Shown one piece after another: positions 60,591-64,000 of a DNA stretch of 64,000 nucleotides. Source of the stretch: Candidatus Freyarchaeum deiterrae (GTDB lineage: Archaea > Asgardarchaeota > Jordiarchaeia > Jordiarchaeales > Jordiarchaeaceae); assembly GCA_037305845.1 (NCBI GenBank), contig CP147778.1:2272001-2336000 (forward strand), in the 5' to 3' direction. Below the pieces are notes generated by a model. It was not told the origin of the DNA. It saw nothing but the letters and a program-made list of their open reading frames with translations, and did not search any database. The position numbers and the translations under genes were made by a program. Position 1 is the stretch's first letter. Each line of letters opens with the position of its first letter.

Positions 60591-61658
60591 ATGCCCACCG
60601 TTTGGGTTGATTACGTTGCTCCCAAAGACGTTGTTTTCTTCATGAACATGGTTGAGAAGCTGAAAAACAGGGGAGACACTGTTATCGCAACAACCAGAAA
60701 ATTCAGAGAAGTAAACGAGTTAATGAGATTAAAAAATGTTGAAGCAAAGATTTTGGGTAGCTATGGTGGGGGAACCCTGAAAGGCAAGTTGGTGGAGGGC
60801 GCAAAAAGAATAGTTAAATTGGCAGATTATGTTTCAAGATTTGATGTAGATGTTATGGTTTCCTATTGCTCACCCGAAGCTGCCCGTGTAGCCTTCGGAT
60901 TGCAGATTCCAATTATAAATATTTATGACGCTCCTCATGCGGTTAAGCAAATACTTTTGTTATCACAGCTTGTGGATTTTAACCTTTCACCAAAATGTAT
61001 CCCTGAACAGGAATGGCTTAAACTTGGTTTCAAACCAGAGCAGTTGATATTTTACGATGCTATAGATCCAGTTGCCTGGCTCAAAAACTTTTCACCCGAT
61101 AAAACCATTATACAAAATTTAGGATTAAATCCCGACAAAAAAATCGTTGTGGTCAGAACAGAAGAAGCTTTCGCTTCATACCTACTCGGTAAAACCTCGG
61201 ACGACAATTCCTATATAGCTCCATTAATTAAAAGCGCTTTAGATTTTGATGAAGAGCTTCAAATCGTTGTGCTCTGTAGATATGGGCGTCAAAAACCGAG
61301 TTTAGGTAAACTCTTTAAGAAAATTATTATTGCTGAACACGTAATAGACACTGCGAGTCTACTTTCTAATAGCGTTCTTTTTATGGGGGGAGGCGGAACA
61401 ATGACCTGTGAGGCTGCTCTTTTGGGAGTACCTTCTATCTCGTTTTTCCCTGGAAAGCTCTACTATGAAGAGCCGCTCATGAAAGAAAAACTGCTCTGTC
61501 ATCCAAAAACGGTAAACGAAGCCCAAGGTTTGATTAAGGAAATACTGAGTCAGCCGAAAAAATATTTCGATGAATTAAAGAAAAGAGCCAGACTTTTATT
61601 GGATAGTATGGAGAATCCAACAGACAAAATAATTGAAACTATTGACAAATTTGGGTAA
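60591..61658 (+). CDS. DUF354-family GT-B-fold protein
   Basis: SPEAARVAFGL, VRTEEAFASY and GGGTMTCEAALLGVP motifs. Confidence 0.87.
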   Translation: MPTVWVDYVAPKDVVFFMNMVEKLKNRGDTVIATTRKFREVNELMRLKNVEAKILGSYGGGTLKGKLVEGAKRIVKLADYVSRFDVDVMVSYCSPEAARVAFGLQIPIINIYDAPHAVKQILLLSQLVDFNLSPKCIPEQEWLKLGFKPEQLIFYDAIDPVAWLKNFSPDKTIIQNLGLNPDKKIVVVRTEEAFASYLLGKTSDDNSYIAPLIKSALDFDEELQIVVLCRYGRQKPSLGKLFKKIIIAEHVIDTASLLSNSVLFMGGGGTMTCEAALLGVPSISFFPGKLYYEEPLMKEKLLCHPKTVNEAQGLIKEILSQPKKYFDELKKRARLLLDSMENPTDKIIETIDKFG

Positions 61659-61678
61659 CCAGTAAGCATTAATTTTCC

Positions 61679-61990
61679 TTAGCTTAATTTCTTCTTTTTC
61701 ATATCTCTCCAGAATATCTTTTTCGATAGTTCATACCATGTGTACAACCATACTAACACCAGAGATCCTGAAGAAACTACTTGAAATATCTGTCTTATTG
61801 AACTCCAAAATCCTAGCTGGCCTTGGTCAAACTGATAGGGTGTAGTAAGAAAGTTAATAATTGTCCAGGATATCTGTTGAGGTGGATACCAAGGAATAAT
61901 TATCAATCCAACGAATACAAATACGCCGATTATTGTTATCCATACAAACAGAATCAACAATAGAAGGGGTATGTATCTTCTTAACTCCAA
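61679..61990 (-). CDS. Small two-TM membrane protein
   Basis: Two hydrophobic stretches; follows the AglH-like gene with a 6-nt gap. Confidence 0.65.
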   Translation of the reverse strand: MELRRYIPLLLLILFVWITIIGVFVFVGLIIIPWYPPQQISWTIINFLTTPYQFDQGQLGFWSSIRQIFQVVSSGSLVLVWLYTWYELSKKIFWRDMKKKKLS

Positions 61991-61996
61991 TTTTCA

Positions 61997-63031
61997 TCAC
62001 CAAACTATTAGCACCGCGGTTAAAATAGCTAATATGGCACTTAGAGCGCTTAGTAAGTAAAGCCCCTTAACGATCTCCGGTTCAGTTAGAGGCCCTCTTG
62101 CAAGCATCATGCGCGCCAAGGGTATTGGAGCCTTCGAGCTTTCATTGGCTGCGATTCTGCCATCCTTGAGGAGTATTGTTGCTGGCTCTTTAACTAGTCT
62201 GTACTCTTGAAATTTACGCATACTTGTCAACATGTAGAAAGAATTCATTATGAAAGGTATCAAGGCAATGATGGTGACCAGCTCCAACTGTCCCACAACA
62301 GCGAGGGCACCAATAGCGGCGCCCACGGTTAAAGAACCTACATCGCCAGAAAAAGTCTTCGCCGGATATTTGTTGAACCTATAATAGGCTATCATTACTC
62401 CCAGCATTACTACCGATATTATCACGCCGGTCTTAGAATCTAGAAGAACTGAGCAACAAAGCATGGCGCCGAACGTTATTATAGTTGTACCGGGCATAGC
62501 TCCATTCATAATATCCAACATGTTTACAGTATTCGAACAGACCGCCACATTCACCGGAACATAAATTGGATAGAGATAACTTAATCTGGTACTTCCAATA
62601 AAGGGAAAACGAGGGGAGTAAACCAGGATAGGAAAGAAAAAGTTGATTATCAGCAGGGGAGCGGCTGCAATTACTGTAAGCAGGGTTTTTGTATAGGCGC
62701 CCAATCTTTTTAAATCATCGACCATCCCCACCGCACCAGTGGCAGCTACGGTTAATAAAAATGCCAGTAGCCTCAATCTAATTATATTATCCTCAAACGG
62801 AATGATCATTATCATTATGCCCAAGGTTACGCTTATTAAAATCGCGATTCCACCCATCTCTGGAATCTTGGGTTTATTAAGTTTATGTACATCACTCCCT
62901 ACAATTTTTAACGATTTCATCTTTCGCATAACGCGAGGAACCAAAAAATTACAAATCAAAAGAGAGGCGAAGAACCCAATCACTAAAAATAGTATTTCAA
63001 TGGGTTCAAGGTTTATCATTTTTACTGTCAC
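61997..63031 (-). CDS. GlcNAc-1-phosphate transferase (AglH/GPT/MraY family)
   Basis: DVHKLNKPKIPEMGG, GMVDD, NTVNMLDIMNG and FSGDVG motifs. Confidence 0.9.
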   Translation of the reverse strand: MTVKMINLEPIEILFLVIGFFASLLICNFLVPRVMRKMKSLKIVGSDVHKLNKPKIPEMGGIAILISVTLGIMIMIIPFEDNIIRLRLLAFLLTVAATGAVGMVDDLKRLGAYTKTLLTVIAAAPLLIINFFFPILVYSPRFPFIGSTRLSYLYPIYVPVNVAVCSNTVNMLDIMNGAMPGTTIITFGAMLCCSVLLDSKTGVIISVVMLGVMIAYYRFNKYPAKTFSGDVGSLTVGAAIGALAVVGQLELVTIIALIPFIMNSFYMLTSMRKFQEYRLVKEPATILLKDGRIAANESSKAPIPLARMMLARGPLTEPEIVKGLYLLSALSAILAILTAVLIVW

Positions 63032-63195
63032 CCTCTTAAATAATCCAAGATAAGGCTTTTATACCAAATCAAACTATTCATCAGTAAAAATTGCCAAAAC
63101 ATTTATGCGAATTAGGTAATAACCTTTATGTCCTTAAGATAATCCATATATATTCTTCAGTATAATTATAATCAGCCTTTGCCGAAGGTGATTAC

Positions 63196-64000
63196 TTGCG
63201 AAAAAGCACAGGTGCGATGCTGCTGATACTATTAATCATTACAATGGGTTTAACCGCAATCATAGCACTAAACAACAACAACAATATCGGTTATACGCCT
63301 TTCATTCAAACCAATAACAAAGTAATACCCAAAAATATTACAAGCGCGTCTACCAACAATCTAACCAACAGTCTGGTACTAAGAAATATTTCAATAAATA
63401 ACTTCGGGATAGCAACCATTACCGACGTTATCACAGTAAGGAACGACGGTATAGATACTGCAACATTCGCAGATGTCTTCTATACTGCGGATGTATGGTC
63501 TAAACTCCTTACATCTAGCGCTCAGTTCGGAAATATTCAACTGAGCACCCAACAAATTTCTTCGGGCGGAATTAACGGTACCAGAATACTGTTCAGTAAC
63601 TCAGTAGCCCCCGGGGAAAACTACACATTCGCATTAGTGCAATATTTTGATGGAACACTTACGAGTGTTGCTATTCCATCTTTTGGAAATGTATCAGAAT
63701 TCGATTTTCCAGCTAGCCCCTATTCACCTTACACGATAGAAGTATGTAATGTTTCGATTGCATTACCTAAAGGTGCACAAACCCCCTTCTCACTTACAGC
63801 CAATTTTACTAACCTTACACCTTTCAATACCAACAACACACTATCAACAGAATTCGTGTTCACAGATGGAAGCTCCATCATATCACTTAAAACGGTTTAC
63901 AGACAGATAACAGTGGATCCTTGGCGTGGAATAACTGTAACAGAAACCAACTTCATAGAAAACGCGGCTCCCGCGAATCTTACCAAAATCTATTTCAAAG
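63196..64000 (+). CDS. Ribophorin I (OST1/RPN1)-like secreted protein, runs off the window (missing from the ORF track)
   Basis: Open from TTG at 63196 (AAGGTGA SD) to the window end. Signal-peptide-like N-terminus and many N-x-S/T sequons. SPYSPY and VYRQITVDPWRGITVTE resemble ribophorin I SPY and RxIEVSHWGNIxVEE. Confidence 0.7.
   Translation, partial: MRKSTGAMLLILLIITMGLTAIIALNNNNNIGYTPFIQTNNKVIPKNITSASTNNLTNSLVLRNISINNFGIATITDVITVRNDGIDTATFADVFYTADVWSKLLTSSAQFGNIQLSTQQISSGGINGTRILFSNSVAPGENYTFALVQYFDGTLTSVAIPSFGNVSEFDFPASPYSPYTIEVCNVSIALPKGAQTPFSLTANFTNLTPFNTNNTLSTEFVFTDGSSIISLKTVYRQITVDPWRGITVTETNFIENAAPANLTKIYFK

Noticed and set aside
221-63053. Numerous short antisense or overlapping ORFs in the six-frame track
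   Set aside because: They lie opposite or within well-supported genes and show no recognisable motifs.

Overview
Archaeal chromosomal window, most likely Asgard archaeal (inference from a CHMP1/Vps46-like ESCRT-III, a ribophorin-I-like gene, rps26e and the H4MPT-dependent Wood-Ljungdahl pathway). It carries an ESCRT-III/HerA-like ATPase cluster, housekeeping and tRNA-modification genes, fwdABCD(F/G), mch, mtd, ftr, cdhABCDE, cooC, methanopterin genes, radA, cdrS-ftsZ and N-glycosylation genes. Main finding: two protein-coding genes, ribosomal protein S26e and an EndoQ/TIGR00375-family nuclease, are each interrupted inside a conserved motif by a 31-32 nt insert. Each insert contains an in-frame stop and folds into a bulge-helix-bulge (BHB) motif. 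Cutting at the canonical BHB positions restores both reading frames and motifs exactly, which points to tRNA-endonuclease-type mRNA splicing of several genes. Other observations include a triplicated promoter/leader-uORF cassette ahead of fwd genes, an ESCRT-III-flanked HerA/FtsK-like ATPase, proline-rich proteins with WH2-like tails, internal duplications in CdhE and a UbiA prenyltransferase, a degenerate GGDEF-like protein and a SAMP precursor. No tRNA, rRNA or CRISPR array was recognised. All calls were made by eye, with no database searches.
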